A DNA stretch of 54,227 bases from Planctomycetota bacterium (GCA_039201055.1 JBCCRW010000001.1:1-54227); one strand, 5' to 3'. Positions 38,801-48,106 are shown, counted from the first letter of the stretch. Notes: generated by a model from the letters alone, not told the origin. A program made the numbers and translations.

Positions 38801-39069
38801 ATTGAACCGTCGGCGGTCGCCTGCGATTCCATGTAGACCATGTTGTCCACGCCGTTGAGTTCTTGTTCCAGCGGCGTGGCGACGGTCTTGGAGATCGTGT
38901 CGGCGGTCGCGCCGGGATAACTCGCGCGAACGACCACCGTCGGCAACGCGACTTCGGGGTATTGAGCAACGGGCAATTGAAAATACGCGATGCTGCCAAC
39001 CAGCACGATAACAATCGACAACACGCCGGCGAAAATCGGTCGATCGATGAAAAAGTGAGGAAACTTCAT
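35896..39069 (-). CDS. RND efflux transporter permease (HAE1, AcrB/MexF-like)
   Basis: FFIDRPIFAGV, LPVAQYPEV, AIGIVVDDAIVVVE, GLACKNAILIVEFA, RLRPILMT. Confidence 0.96.
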   Translation of the reverse strand: MKFPHFFIDRPIFAGVLSIVIVLVGSIAYFQLPVAQYPEVALPTVVVRASYPGATADTISKTVATPLEQELNGVDNMVYMESQATADGSMMITLSFQLGTDVDEAQVLVQNRVSIAEPKLPAEVRQIGVTTRKSSPDLMMVIHLFSPDDSRDQLYIGNYGFLRIKDVLARLDGVGDIQVFGGTEYSMRVWLDVERLAALDLTPGDAVAAMRSQNVQVAAGVIGQQPVPNNKEAFQINVNTLGRLQTPEEFGNIILKSGDDGRLVRLDDVARIELGATDYSVRSYLKDKNAVALAMFQRPGSNAIAAAERIEATMEELKQRFPPGLDYRVVYNPTAFVAESIDEVFTTLWQAGLLVVLTVFVFLQNWRSTIVPVIAIPISLIGTFAIMLAIGFSLNNLSLFGLVLAIGIVVDDAIVVVETVERLIAQGMKPREATRRAMDEVGTALIATTLVLIAVFVPTAFVAGISGQFYRQFAITIAVSTMISTFVSLTLTPALCALLLRPKRSVKGRMGRLIDNTLGLPFRLFNKTFDVASDVYARTVSRVLRVSFVMLLGYVGLLGATWFGFTKVPGGFIPAQDQGYLIIAIQLPPGANLDRTDDVTRRVTDIAIGTPGITNAVSFVGFSGATRANSSNAAAIFPVLDDPKKRAEEGLGVDAVLAELRKRVSGVEDAVVFVIPPPPVRGIGTGGGFKLQVQDQSGAGPVALQAATQAVIDKARQEPGLVQVFSNYSIGTPQYYADIDRTKVRMLDVPINNVFEALQIYLGSAYVNDFNFLGRTYRVTAQADTQYRDEREDIARLRTRSNNGAIVPLGSVVTMRETTAADRVVRYNLFPSADINGDTLPGFNSAQAIAAMERVADETLPPGFGYEWTDIAYQQKAAGNTAIYIFPLCVLFVFLALAAQYESWLLPLAVILIVPMCLLCAIAGVWLRGLDNNILVQIGFVVLVGLACKNAILIVEFAKAEEEAGRNRFDAAVEACRLRLRPILMTAFSFILGVIPLLVATGAGSEMRQALGTAVFSGMLGVTLFGLFLTPVFYVVLRRFARQPSPPQSSSPLRGEL

Positions 39070-40472
39070 TGTTCGGTTTCCTGATTGGCGTTGTTGTTAT
39101 CGGCGACACCGGCGGGCGGATCGGCGGGTCTTCGTGACAACCATTGGTCTTGGGGAACGGCTTCGTAATCGTCCGGCAACACGCTGTCGCCCGACATCGC
39201 GATGGTTTCCTCCGATGGGGCGATGCCGATGCCGGGGTAGATGCGTTGCAAGCCGCGAGTGACGATGCGTTCGTCACCGACCAAGCCACTGCGAACGACG
39301 CGAAGTCCTTTGGCGATGGGCCCCAATTCAATGGCGCGACGGGTTACCGAGTCCCCGTCTTTGTCGACCACATAAACGAAGCGTTCGGATTGGTCACTGC
39401 CAATCGCGGCATCAGGGATCAACACGGCGTCATAGCGACCGCTACCGGGCAAGCGGACTTCGGCGAACAATCCCGGCGTCAGCGTCCGATCGTCGTTGGG
39501 AAAAATCGCTCGGCCGCGAATCGTGCCGGTATTGGGATCGATTTGGTTGTCCACAAAATCCATGTGCCCGACGTGTGGGAAGCCCGTTTCATTGACCAGT
39601 CGCAGGTACACCGGATTTTTGACATCGCGGGAACTTTCGCGTTTCCCCTCGCGCGACAATTGGGCGTACTTCAGAAACGCCTGCTCGTCGGCGTCGAAAT
39701 AGCAATGAATCGGATTGATCGAAACGATCGTCGTTAGCAGCGTGGACCGCGCATTTCCGCCCTCGATCAAGTTGCCTTCGGTGACATAGCGGCGACTGAT
39801 CCGTCCGCCAACGGGTGCGCGAATTTGTGTGTAATCCAAATTCAGTTCCGCGGATTGCACGTTGGCCTTGGCGGTTTCGATGGCGGCGGTGGCCGTCGCA
39901 ATGCCCGCCTTGGCGGATTCGATTTTGGCATCGGCGGCCTCGGTGGCGGCGGTCGCTTGCAACAGTTCGCTGTTGCGTTCATCGAATTCTTCCTGTGCCA
40001 TCGCGTTTTGCTTCAACAACTTTCGGGCCCGAGTCACTCGTTGTTGGGCCAGCAAAACCTGGGCGTCGACTTCGGCGCGTTCGGCGGTGGCTTGACGCTG
40101 CAGCGCCTCGGCCTCGGCCAATCTCGCGATCGACTCCTGGACCCGCGCTTGGGTGGCGGCCAATTCCGCTTCGAAGGGTCGCGGATCGACGATCGCCAAC
40201 AAGTCCCCCTGCTTGACCAATTGGCCTTCATCGAAATGAGTCGATTGCAAATATCCGCTGACGCGCGAACGCACTTCGACAGAGTCGATAGCATCCAGAC
40301 GCCCGGTGTATTCATCCCATTCGACGATCGGCACGACCAACACACGGGCGACCGTCACCGGCACCGCCGCCGATTGGCCGCCGCCGGATTCCGAGGACGC
40401 CTGCGTGCGACAGCCGCCAAGCGTTCCGGCCACCACGATCCAAAGGAGTCCGAGCAATCGATGGGGAAGCAT
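39066..40472 (-). CDS. RND efflux periplasmic adaptor subunit (lipoprotein)
   Basis: Lipobox TLGGC; EWDEYTGRL, VEVRSRVSGYL, LNLDYTQIRAP, DFVDNQIDPNTGTIRGRA; ATGA overlap with the permease. Confidence 0.95.
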   Translation of the reverse strand: MLPHRLLGLLWIVVAGTLGGCRTQASSESGGGQSAAVPVTVARVLVVPIVEWDEYTGRLDAIDSVEVRSRVSGYLQSTHFDEGQLVKQGDLLAIVDPRPFEAELAATQARVQESIARLAEAEALQRQATAERAEVDAQVLLAQQRVTRARKLLKQNAMAQEEFDERNSELLQATAATEAADAKIESAKAGIATATAAIETAKANVQSAELNLDYTQIRAPVGGRISRRYVTEGNLIEGGNARSTLLTTIVSINPIHCYFDADEQAFLKYAQLSREGKRESSRDVKNPVYLRLVNETGFPHVGHMDFVDNQIDPNTGTIRGRAIFPNDDRTLTPGLFAEVRLPGSGRYDAVLIPDAAIGSDQSERFVYVVDKDGDSVTRRAIELGPIAKGLRVVRSGLVGDERIVTRGLQRIYPGIGIAPSEETIAMSGDSVLPDDYEAVPQDQWLSRRPADPPAGVADNNNANQETEQ

Positions 40473-40597
40473 GGTGCAAAATCGCGTGGATAAGAAGACG
40501 AGCAGAAAAACGGGAAACAGATGATTGGCTTCGCGACCGAGACATCGGCGTGCCGCGGTCGGTACCCCATGCCATGGTCCGCCTCGGACACCGCAAG

Positions 40598-41545
40598 TTA
40601 TAAGCCAGGTCCATCGCTCGCATGTTGCGATCTCGCGTGCTCGGATGCGACGCGCAGCGTTGTGGCGTGAATATCGACGATGTCATCGACATTGGGGGCG
40701 TATCCGCCGGCCATCGCCAATGCGACGGGAAGCTGCCGCTTGGCCGCCCAGTCCAACACCGTTTCGTCGCGTGCCCGCAAACCGTCCTTCGTGACCGCTA
40801 AGCGGCCCAGCCGATCCCCCACAAATGGATCCGCTCCGGCCAGGTAGACCATCAAATCAAAGTCGCCGTGAAGCATGGCTTCGTCATCAATCGCGTCCAG
40901 GACCGTTTTCACGGTTGTCAAGTATTCGGCATCGGCCGTGCCATCGGGCAGATCCACATCCAAGTCACTGGGGAATTTTCGCAGCGGAAAATTCTTTTCA
41001 CCGTGCACCGAAACGGTCCAAATCGCCGCATCGGACGCCGTGATTTGCGCGGTGCCGTTGCCCTGGTGAACGTCCAAGTCCAGCACCACGCCACGCCGGA
41101 TCTGGCGTTCGGCAAGCAGTGTTCGCAGCGTCACCGCCGCATCGTTGAACACACAATATCCCTCGCCGGCATCACGCATCGCGTGATGCGTGCCACCGGC
41201 CAAATTCGCGGACACCCCGTCGCCGGATAGCGCCGCCCGCGCGGCCGCCAGCGTTGCTCCGGTGCTTCGGCGTGAACGCTCCACCATCTTGGGACTGTAC
41301 GGAAAACCAATCCGTCGCACCTGAGCCTGCGTCAGTGTGCCAGCGACGACGGCGTTCAAATAATCGACGTGGTGACACAAGCGAAGTTGATCGTCGGTGG
41401 CCGCCGGTGGCACCAACAACACATCCCGCTGGTGCGCCGGGTCGGTGACAATCCGTCGCCGCAGCGAACGATACTTGGACATCGGAAACCGATGGCCCAC
41501 CGGCAGCGGCAATTCAAAATGATCCGTGTAATACAGCCTCATCAA
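40598..41545 (-). CDS. Histone deacetylase family protein
   Basis: GHRFPMSKY, NLAGGTHHA, GYCVFND, DLDVHQGNG, GADPFVGDRLG, MAGGY. Confidence 0.93.
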   Translation of the reverse strand: MMRLYYTDHFELPLPVGHRFPMSKYRSLRRRIVTDPAHQRDVLLVPPAATDDQLRLCHHVDYLNAVVAGTLTQAQVRRIGFPYSPKMVERSRRSTGATLAAARAALSGDGVSANLAGGTHHAMRDAGEGYCVFNDAAVTLRTLLAERQIRRGVVLDLDVHQGNGTAQITASDAAIWTVSVHGEKNFPLRKFPSDLDVDLPDGTADAEYLTTVKTVLDAIDDEAMLHGDFDLMVYLAGADPFVGDRLGRLAVTKDGLRARDETVLDWAAKRQLPVALAMAGGYAPNVDDIVDIHATTLRVASEHARSQHASDGPGL

Positions 41546-41557
41546 GACGATTCGCCG

Positions 41558-43855
41558 CTACTGCAACAGAGAAAACAGAACCAGATTGGCGACAATCTTG
41601 GCGGCATCGTCCGTGGAATAACCGGGGCACTGCACCGAATTGGGACTTTCCAAGGCACACGACAAATCCAGCGGCGAAAAGAACACCTGCACCAGCCCGC
41701 GCTCGTCCAATGCCGCCTCGATGACCGCGTGCGTGCGGCGAGACGTGCCCGCACCTCCCTGGCCCGGCCGTCGCAGCGTCAACGATTGCAGCGAATAACC
41801 GTTTGGCATCTCCATCACCGGATGATCGGCCGGCAGCAATTCCAAGGGACGATCATCTGTGACGCGTCGGACTTGTTCGCGAAACGAACGCGTGAACGAT
41901 TCGCTACCGCAGATGGCCGACGCCACAATGACGCCGCCGCGTTTGACAAATTCGCCCAGGATCGCGACTTGGTCTTCTGTAAATTCGAATTCGGTGCGTC
42001 CATGCACGTACAGCAGCCCAACGTCGGCAAGCGTTTGGGCATTGAGCGCGACGCTTTGATCGACGCTGGCCATCGGCACCGGGACGCGGTCGGTCAGCAA
42101 ACGCACGGCGTTGGGAATCGCCCGCGGTGCCAGGTTTTCGCCGGCTCCCAATGCCAAGGTCGCCAAACGAACCGAACCGCGATCCGGCGGCGGCGGATCG
42201 GCACCGGGAATCACCAGCGGCGATGCCAGTTTTTCCTTCAGTTCACGCCCGGTCGCGTAGGCAAGCAAATTCATCCCGATGGCGACCGCATTGCGAATCG
42301 AAGCCTTTGCCTTGTCAGAAATCTCGGTGCGTCGAAACAGGACATCGCCCAGCGACCAACGACAACTCAAGCTTTGTGGGAAATAAAAGATGCTCGTTCG
42401 GCAACACGATTGGACGCCATAGACCCATTCGTCAGCGCCCAGCGAATCCACATCGACCTTGGTTTCGGCGGACCAAATCGGATGGTCGACGGGCAGTTTT
42501 TCCAAGCTGCCATCGGGCACCCATTTGGAAACCAATTCAACCGCTGAATCTTGAAACGCCTTGGCGTCGCCGCAGCCGTTTCCGCCATCGGCATCGAACA
42601 AAATCGTGCCACCTTGGTCCAAGTATTCGCCCAGGGTTTCGATCAGCGAATCGGAAAACTTCAAGCGCTCGCGACCGGAGATCACCAGCACCGGCGTTTG
42701 CAAGAAGTCGGCGACCTTGGCCCGATCGGCGGCGACGGTTTGCCAGGTCAGCGACTGCTTCCACGCCGCTTCGGTGTGTCGGATCAAGCCCGGCAACGAA
42801 CCGGGGTGCCGCTGCCAAGTTTTGGCGTTGTCGGCATACCGGAGTTGCCCGATCGCGACACGCCGTTTGCCTTTGGCCAAAAACAACAGAGCGAACGAGG
42901 TCGCCACGTGCGCCGGTTCAAATTGACTGCCGCCATTCCAAAAGTCGCGAAAGTCATCCTGGTTGCTCAGCAGAAAGTCGGCTCCCTCGCGATACCAATC
43001 ATGCCGACCAACGAAACGCCGTCCCGAAAGTCTGCCCGCGCGCTCGAGTGCATACAGGTAGTAATACGTCGTGGCATCGGTCGCGCCGGGGTTGGTGGAA
43101 ATTGAAAAGTTGTTGGCCAACCAATCAAACCCGCGGTCCACGGCGTCTTTGCCATCGTCGTCGCCGCAGCACTGGATCGTGTCGCCGACGATTCGCGCGG
43201 CGCCATTGGAAAGCCGCTCGCGAGTGATCACGACCGATGCGATACCCGCGCACGTCATGCTGCCACGGCCTTGCTGGTCGGTCGCGGGATGATATCGCCA
43301 ACCGCCGGCGGGTTGCTGGGCCCGGATCCAAAACTGGTAAGCCCGCTGGAATGTTTCTTGAGGCACCTGGATACCGCGATCCTCGGCGGCACCGAGCGCC
43401 AGAATCGCGAATTGTGCGTTGGACGGATCGTCGCGATTGCCCCCCGTGTCGCCGTAATACCACGCGCCGCTGTTTAGCTGACCACCGACCAAATATTTGA
43501 CGTTACGGCGAATTCGCGGCAAGTCGCCCGCGGCGCCCACTTCGCAATACACCAATGTCTCCAGCGACACCGCATAGGTCGTCGCCAGTTCGCGGGAACG
43601 CAAAAACGCCAGCGCCTTTTGAATGCTGGGGTCCGACGCGGGAACACCGGCATTCAACAGTGCCAAGGTGCACAGTGCCGTTTCGCCGCCGGGCCAACCA
43701 TTGAAATTGCGGTCCCAACTTCCACGCGCGTCCTGGTTGGCCTTCAAATAGGCAACACCCTTGGCGATCGCGCGGTCCACCGCCGCCGGAGTCAAGTTTT
43801 GGGCCGACGTTGGCGAGGGCAGCAATAAAACGAGAATCAGGCCGAGGAACCGCAT
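41558..43855 (-). CDS. Secreted protein with prenyltransferase/squalene-oxidase (QW) repeats and two DUF4159-like domains
   Basis: Signal MRFLGLILVLLLPSPTSA; QW-like repeats (ANQDARGSW, GQLNSGAW, AQQPAGGW); YYYLYALERAG; two 'YLDQGGTI/FVKRGGVI...LPxDHP' domains. Confidence 0.82.
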   Translation of the reverse strand: MRFLGLILVLLLPSPTSAQNLTPAAVDRAIAKGVAYLKANQDARGSWDRNFNGWPGGETALCTLALLNAGVPASDPSIQKALAFLRSRELATTYAVSLETLVYCEVGAAGDLPRIRRNVKYLVGGQLNSGAWYYGDTGGNRDDPSNAQFAILALGAAEDRGIQVPQETFQRAYQFWIRAQQPAGGWRYHPATDQQGRGSMTCAGIASVVITRERLSNGAARIVGDTIQCCGDDDGKDAVDRGFDWLANNFSISTNPGATDATTYYYLYALERAGRLSGRRFVGRHDWYREGADFLLSNQDDFRDFWNGGSQFEPAHVATSFALLFLAKGKRRVAIGQLRYADNAKTWQRHPGSLPGLIRHTEAAWKQSLTWQTVAADRAKVADFLQTPVLVISGRERLKFSDSLIETLGEYLDQGGTILFDADGGNGCGDAKAFQDSAVELVSKWVPDGSLEKLPVDHPIWSAETKVDVDSLGADEWVYGVQSCCRTSIFYFPQSLSCRWSLGDVLFRRTEISDKAKASIRNAVAIGMNLLAYATGRELKEKLASPLVIPGADPPPPDRGSVRLATLALGAGENLAPRAIPNAVRLLTDRVPVPMASVDQSVALNAQTLADVGLLYVHGRTEFEFTEDQVAILGEFVKRGGVIVASAICGSESFTRSFREQVRRVTDDRPLELLPADHPVMEMPNGYSLQSLTLRRPGQGGAGTSRRTHAVIEAALDERGLVQVFFSPLDLSCALESPNSVQCPGYSTDDAAKIVANLVLFSLLQ

Positions 43856-44030
43856 CGGGCCGCGACGCAGCACCCAGTCGAACCGCGGCCAAGCGCGCGC
43901 CCGCTGGGCGAATGGCGTGCAACGCCTATCATGGCGTCGCCCGCAATTGAACTTCAACACTTTGGTCTGCGGCATCGGCTGGTTGGAATCAGGGAACGGC
44001 GCCGGCAACCGCCGCTGACCGACACACCCG

Positions 44031-44072
44031 CGGCGACTGAAACGAAAACGGCGACTGAAACGAAAACGGCGA
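44031..44072. repeat. 18-bp direct repeat (CGGCGACTGAAACGAAAA) x2.3 in the divergent intergenic region
   Basis: Copies at 44031-44048, 44049-44066 and a partial copy. Confidence 0.9.
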
Positions 44073-44094
44073 ACGAAGCGAGCACGTTGACATT

Positions 44095-45207
44095 ATGAAT
44101 GGAAGACCCACACCACCGCCACCGCCGGGCGGCAACCCGCCAGTTGGAAATACGCCATCCGGAAATCCAGCAGGCGGCCCGCCCCCAGCTCGCAATTTGG
44201 CCGAGGTGTTAAAAGAATTCGCGGGCCATCAACAAACGATGCGAAGCGAATTGGCCAAGGTCATTGTGGGGCAAAGCGAAACCATCGAACAATTGTTGGC
44301 GGCGATTTTCACACGCGGCCACGTGTTGCTTGAAGGCGTTCCCGGACTCGCCAAAACGCTGATGGTCAGCACCGTGGCCAGCATTTTGGACGTCAATTTC
44401 AAACGCGTGCAATTCACACCCGATTTGATGCCCAGCGACATCACCGGGACACAGGTCTTGGAAGAGGACGACCAGGGGAAGCGGCAATTTCGGTTTGTCG
44501 AAGGTCCCATTTTTACCAACATTTTGTTGGCCGACGAAATCAATCGAACTCCGCCCAAGACGCAAGCGGCGTTGTTGGAAGCGATGCAGGAACGGACGGT
44601 GACGATCGGCCGCGAGACGTATGAATTACCCGCGCCGTTTTTTACGATCGCGACGCAAAACCCGATCGAACAGGAAGGCACCTACCCGCTGCCCGAAGCA
44701 CAGCTGGACCGCTTCATGTTCAACATCAAAATCGGTTACCCGAGTGCTGCCGAGGAAGAGCAGATTTTGACCGCGACGACCCGCGGCGAAACCGAAACGG
44801 TCAACAAGGTGCTTTCATCCCGCGCGATCTTGAACGTGCAACGTCTGGTCGGATCGGTGGCCGTCGGACCGCGGATGATTTCCTATGCCGCCAAGTTGGT
44901 TCGCGCGACGCGACCGGCCGATCCAACGGCACCGGATTACGTAAAAGAATTGGTCGATTGGGGTGCGGGACCCCGCGCGGGCCAAAACTTAATCGCCGGC
45001 GGAAAAGCGATGGCCGCGATGGACGGCCGCTTCGCTCTGGACGAAAAAGACATTCAAAAAGTCGCCCTGCCCGTGCTGCGGCATCGTTTGGCGACCAACT
45101 TTCAAGCGCAAGCCGAGGACATGGACACCGACGCCATTGTCACGCGTTTGATCGCCGACATCCCGGTGCCGGAACCCGAAAAGTTGGCTGCGCCACCAAG
45201 TGCCTAA
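44095..45207 (+). CDS. moxR: MoxR-family AAA+ ATPase
   Basis: HVLLEGVPGLAKT, RVQFTPDLMPSDITG, LLADEINRTPPKTQAALLEAMQE, ATQNPIEQEGTYPLPEAQLDRF. Confidence 0.95.
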   Translation: MNGRPTPPPPPGGNPPVGNTPSGNPAGGPPPARNLAEVLKEFAGHQQTMRSELAKVIVGQSETIEQLLAAIFTRGHVLLEGVPGLAKTLMVSTVASILDVNFKRVQFTPDLMPSDITGTQVLEEDDQGKRQFRFVEGPIFTNILLADEINRTPPKTQAALLEAMQERTVTIGRETYELPAPFFTIATQNPIEQEGTYPLPEAQLDRFMFNIKIGYPSAAEEEQILTATTRGETETVNKVLSSRAILNVQRLVGSVAVGPRMISYAAKLVRATRPADPTAPDYVKELVDWGAGPRAGQNLIAGGKAMAAMDGRFALDEKDIQKVALPVLRHRLATNFQAQAEDMDTDAIVTRLIADIPVPEPEKLAAPPSA

Positions 45208-45245
45208 CAGCCGCCGAGTGTTTGACAGCCGCGGAGTGCCTGACA
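45192..45245. repeat. Degenerate 18-bp tandem repeat x3 spanning the moxR stop, each unit carrying an in-frame stop
   Basis: GCCACCAAGTGCCTAACA / GCCGCCGAGTGTTTGACA / GCCGCGGAGTGCCTGACA. Confidence 0.85.
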
Positions 45246-45264
45246 AGCGAGCGATCAACAAGCC

Positions 45265-46230
45265 ATGACCAGCGTGTTGTCCCCCGAATCGCTGCAACAA
45301 ATCAAGCGGCTGGACTTGCGCGCCCGCATGGTTGTGCGAGGGTTCCTGCAAGGACTTCACGCTTCGCCGTTGCAGGGATTCTCGGTTCAATTCAGCGAAC
45401 ACCGGCGCTACAACCGCGGCGACGATCCGAAGCTGATTGATTGGTTGGCGTACGCAAAAACGGATCGCTACTTCGTCAAACAATACGAAGCCGAAACCAA
45501 CCTAACCGGCTACCTGGTGATGGACTTGTCGGCTTCGATGGCCACCGGCAGCGGCGACGCGGGCGCGATGTCCAAATTCGAATACAGCCTGTGCCTGGCC
45601 GCTTCGCTGACGTACCTGATGACGATGCAACAGGACCCCATCGGGCTGGTCACCTTTTCGGACAAACTTCGTGCGTTGTTGCCCGCGCGCAGCCGCCGCA
45701 ATCACCTGGGCGATGTGATCGCGTCGCTCTCGGCGCTCCAGCCGCTCGGCCCCACGCAACTGGGCACGTGCGTTGAACAACTCGCATCGATGCTCAAACA
45801 CGAATCGCTCATCATGGTGTTCTCGGATCTGTGGCCCGACCCGGACAGCGTCGGCTTTGATGGAAACAACGCGGGTTCGGCCGTTTCGCCATCCGATGCC
45901 AATGACGCGATGGCCGACGCCATCGTCCGCTCCCTTGTTCGATTGAAACACGGGGGTCACGACGTGATCGTGTTCCACGTGCTCGATCGCCAGGAAGCCG
46001 AATTTGATTTTTCGGGTCCCGTCCAATTCGAAGACGCCGAGACCGGACAAACGATCACCGTCGACGCCGATGCGTTTGCCGGCGAATACCTTGAGCGACT
46101 GGAGGCCTACCGCGAATCCCTCGCCTCGGGCTTTGGCAAACATCGCGTCGACTATGTTCCGCTGCACACCGGCATGCCATTTGACAAAGCACTGACCGAA
46201 TATCTGATCGGCCGACGGAATCGGCTGTAG
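45265..46230 (+). CDS. DUF58 (vWA-like) protein, MoxR partner
   Basis: GLHASPLQGFSVQFSEHRRYNRGDD..IDW...AKTDRYFVKQYEAETN; DLSASM MIDAS-like motif; FSD. Confidence 0.93.
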   Translation: MTSVLSPESLQQIKRLDLRARMVVRGFLQGLHASPLQGFSVQFSEHRRYNRGDDPKLIDWLAYAKTDRYFVKQYEAETNLTGYLVMDLSASMATGSGDAGAMSKFEYSLCLAASLTYLMTMQQDPIGLVTFSDKLRALLPARSRRNHLGDVIASLSALQPLGPTQLGTCVEQLASMLKHESLIMVFSDLWPDPDSVGFDGNNAGSAVSPSDANDAMADAIVRSLVRLKHGGHDVIVFHVLDRQEAEFDFSGPVQFEDAETGQTITVDADAFAGEYLERLEAYRESLASGFGKHRVDYVPLHTGMPFDKALTEYLIGRRNRL

Positions 46231-46281
46231 CCAGCGACCGTAGAATCAAGGCCCGACCTTCGTGCCCCGCGAGAGATCCAC

Positions 46282-47373
46282 ATGCCCGACGATCCCGGTT
46301 TACCGCAGCACAGTTTTCTGACGCCGCGAGGTTTGGAACTCCAACAATCCGGTCGCCTGGACATCGCGGTGCCCATGCCGCTGCCGACGTATCCGTATCC
46401 CGCGGACACACCGCTGGGTCGGTCACCTGATATCGATCCCTTTGATTTCAGCGGCATTCGTCAGGCCCCCATTCACAACCTGGTGCCCTCGAAGCGTTTT
46501 CCCGACCCCGCAAAACTCGCCTCCGGCCCGCTGGACAATTACTTCAAAACCGAAACACTCGGCGCGGCGGCCGCCAAGGCATTTCGCGCCGTCGGAAAAC
46601 TATTTATCCGCTTGGAATCGGACCCTCGCAAGCCTTTGGCCAGCGGTAGTGCCTGGATCATCGGCCCCAACACCATCGCCTCGGCGGCACACAATTTTTT
46701 TGACAGCAGCAAGCGGACCTGGTCGACCGCGGTCCGTTTTTATCCCGGATTCAATTATTACGCGGACCCGCAAACGCTGCCGTGGTGCGAAATCACCGCG
46801 GTCAGCCTGCCACGCGGCTACCTCAAGAACCCGCTGACGCAGTTCGATATCGCGATCGCCTATACCGATCGAAACATTGGCGACATTGTGGATGCACGGA
46901 TCCCGCTTACTCCGGTGCAATCGCAAGATTTCTTTGAAGACCATCCCGTCCAAATCATTGGCTATCCGGCCAGCAGCGGATTTGATTTCGGCAAACGGGT
47001 TTGTCGCAGCCGCGGGGCGTATCTGTTTTCCCATCGCGGCGGCCCCAATCGGCCCGCCAACCCGGCCGTCGCCACCAACTTTGGTGCCGGGGCCAGTGGT
47101 GGCCCCTGGGTTTGGAAACAACCCGACGGTCAGCTTCGCGCCGTGGGCGTGACGTCCGGCCACGCCAAACTGCGTTATGTGCCCGGCGAACATCCGCTCG
47201 CCTCGCTCACGTCACCGCTGATTACTGACGAACTGATCGCCGATTTGCAGGACGATGCCGTCCTTCACGAATGGAAATCACGCGGCCCGGGAACCCGAAG
47301 AGCGTCGATCCCAAGCACCTTGTCGCCCGGTTCGCCCATGCCTTCGGGTCGCGTAACGCCGCAGCGTAAGTGA
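46282..47373 (+). CDS. Trypsin-like (V8/glutamyl endopeptidase-like) serine protease without signal peptide
   Basis: AVGKLF, SGSAWIIG, SAAHN (His), FDIA (Asp), IIGYP, GAGASGGPW (Ser). Confidence 0.85.
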   Translation: MPDDPGLPQHSFLTPRGLELQQSGRLDIAVPMPLPTYPYPADTPLGRSPDIDPFDFSGIRQAPIHNLVPSKRFPDPAKLASGPLDNYFKTETLGAAAAKAFRAVGKLFIRLESDPRKPLASGSAWIIGPNTIASAAHNFFDSSKRTWSTAVRFYPGFNYYADPQTLPWCEITAVSLPRGYLKNPLTQFDIAIAYTDRNIGDIVDARIPLTPVQSQDFFEDHPVQIIGYPASSGFDFGKRVCRSRGAYLFSHRGGPNRPANPAVATNFGAGASGGPWVWKQPDGQLRAVGVTSGHAKLRYVPGEHPLASLTSPLITDELIADLQDDAVLHEWKSRGPGTRRASIPSTLSPGSPMPSGRVTPQRK

Positions 47374-47976
47374 CAGACGCGATAAACGCCCGGCGCAGCG
47401 ATCAACAATCGCTCGTCGCGGAATGTTTTGCAGCGGCAAATCCCACAACGCCGCAAAGTGGTCCAGACAGGCGAAGGATTCGTCGTCGCAAAGCGGTTCC
47501 AGCGACAATTCAAACGTGCCCGCCGGTCGCGGATGATCGTGAATCTCAAGCGGCAAATGGTGCTTTAAAATTCGGTGCTGTGGTGATTGCATCAACCACC
47601 GCTGGACCGCGTCGCCGGGCACCTCGTCATCGCCGGGCACCTGTTCATCGCGGTCCAGCATCCAAACCAAAATCGATGATTCCGTTTTTGATTCCCAGAT
47701 CCTCGCATCGGGTGCGGAACCGCCCATGACAAAGCCGACTGCCAAATCGTCGACACCCCGAAGCGAAGCGGCAAATCGCATCCAGGTTGACGTGCCCACT
47801 CCGCGTGGCGCGACAAAATGGGCGATCGGCGAATCACTCCGCAACCAATTCCCCAGGTCCCCCAGCGCATCGCGAAACGAACGATGGCGATACAGGTTTG
47901 AATCAAGGTTTGCTGGAGCCCGGCCTTGATCGTTTGCACCCTGGACGAAATGCTCCCGTGGCCAATGAATACGCAT
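47278..47976 (-). CDS. Hypothetical protein resembling a degenerate ExeA-type AAA ATPase
   Basis: LYRHRSFRDALGDL, Walker-A-like FVAPRGVGTST (Lys replaced), LVWMLD, LEPLCDDES, IVDRCAGRLSRL. Resemblance by eye only. Confidence 0.5.
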   Translation of the reverse strand: MRIHWPREHFVQGANDQGRAPANLDSNLYRHRSFRDALGDLGNWLRSDSPIAHFVAPRGVGTSTWMRFAASLRGVDDLAVGFVMGGSAPDARIWESKTESSILVWMLDRDEQVPGDDEVPGDAVQRWLMQSPQHRILKHHLPLEIHDHPRPAGTFELSLEPLCDDESFACLDHFAALWDLPLQNIPRRAIVDRCAGRLSRLSLTLRRYATRRHGRTGRQGAWDRRSSGSRAA

Positions 47977-48106
47977 GCAATCGTTTTCGGAAAATTCCGA
48001 TTGCTCACTTGAACGCTTCCGCCCCGCCCCGCCCCGCATCCTGCATCCCGCGCGCCGCGTTCCGCAACCCGCGCGGCCGGGCCACTCGCACCTCCGAAAC
48101 GCAGCC

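Noticed and set aside
41369-42547. 392-aa plus-strand ORF (and the 366-aa ORF at 42127-43227)
   Set aside because: Antisense shadows of the DUF4159 and deacetylase genes.
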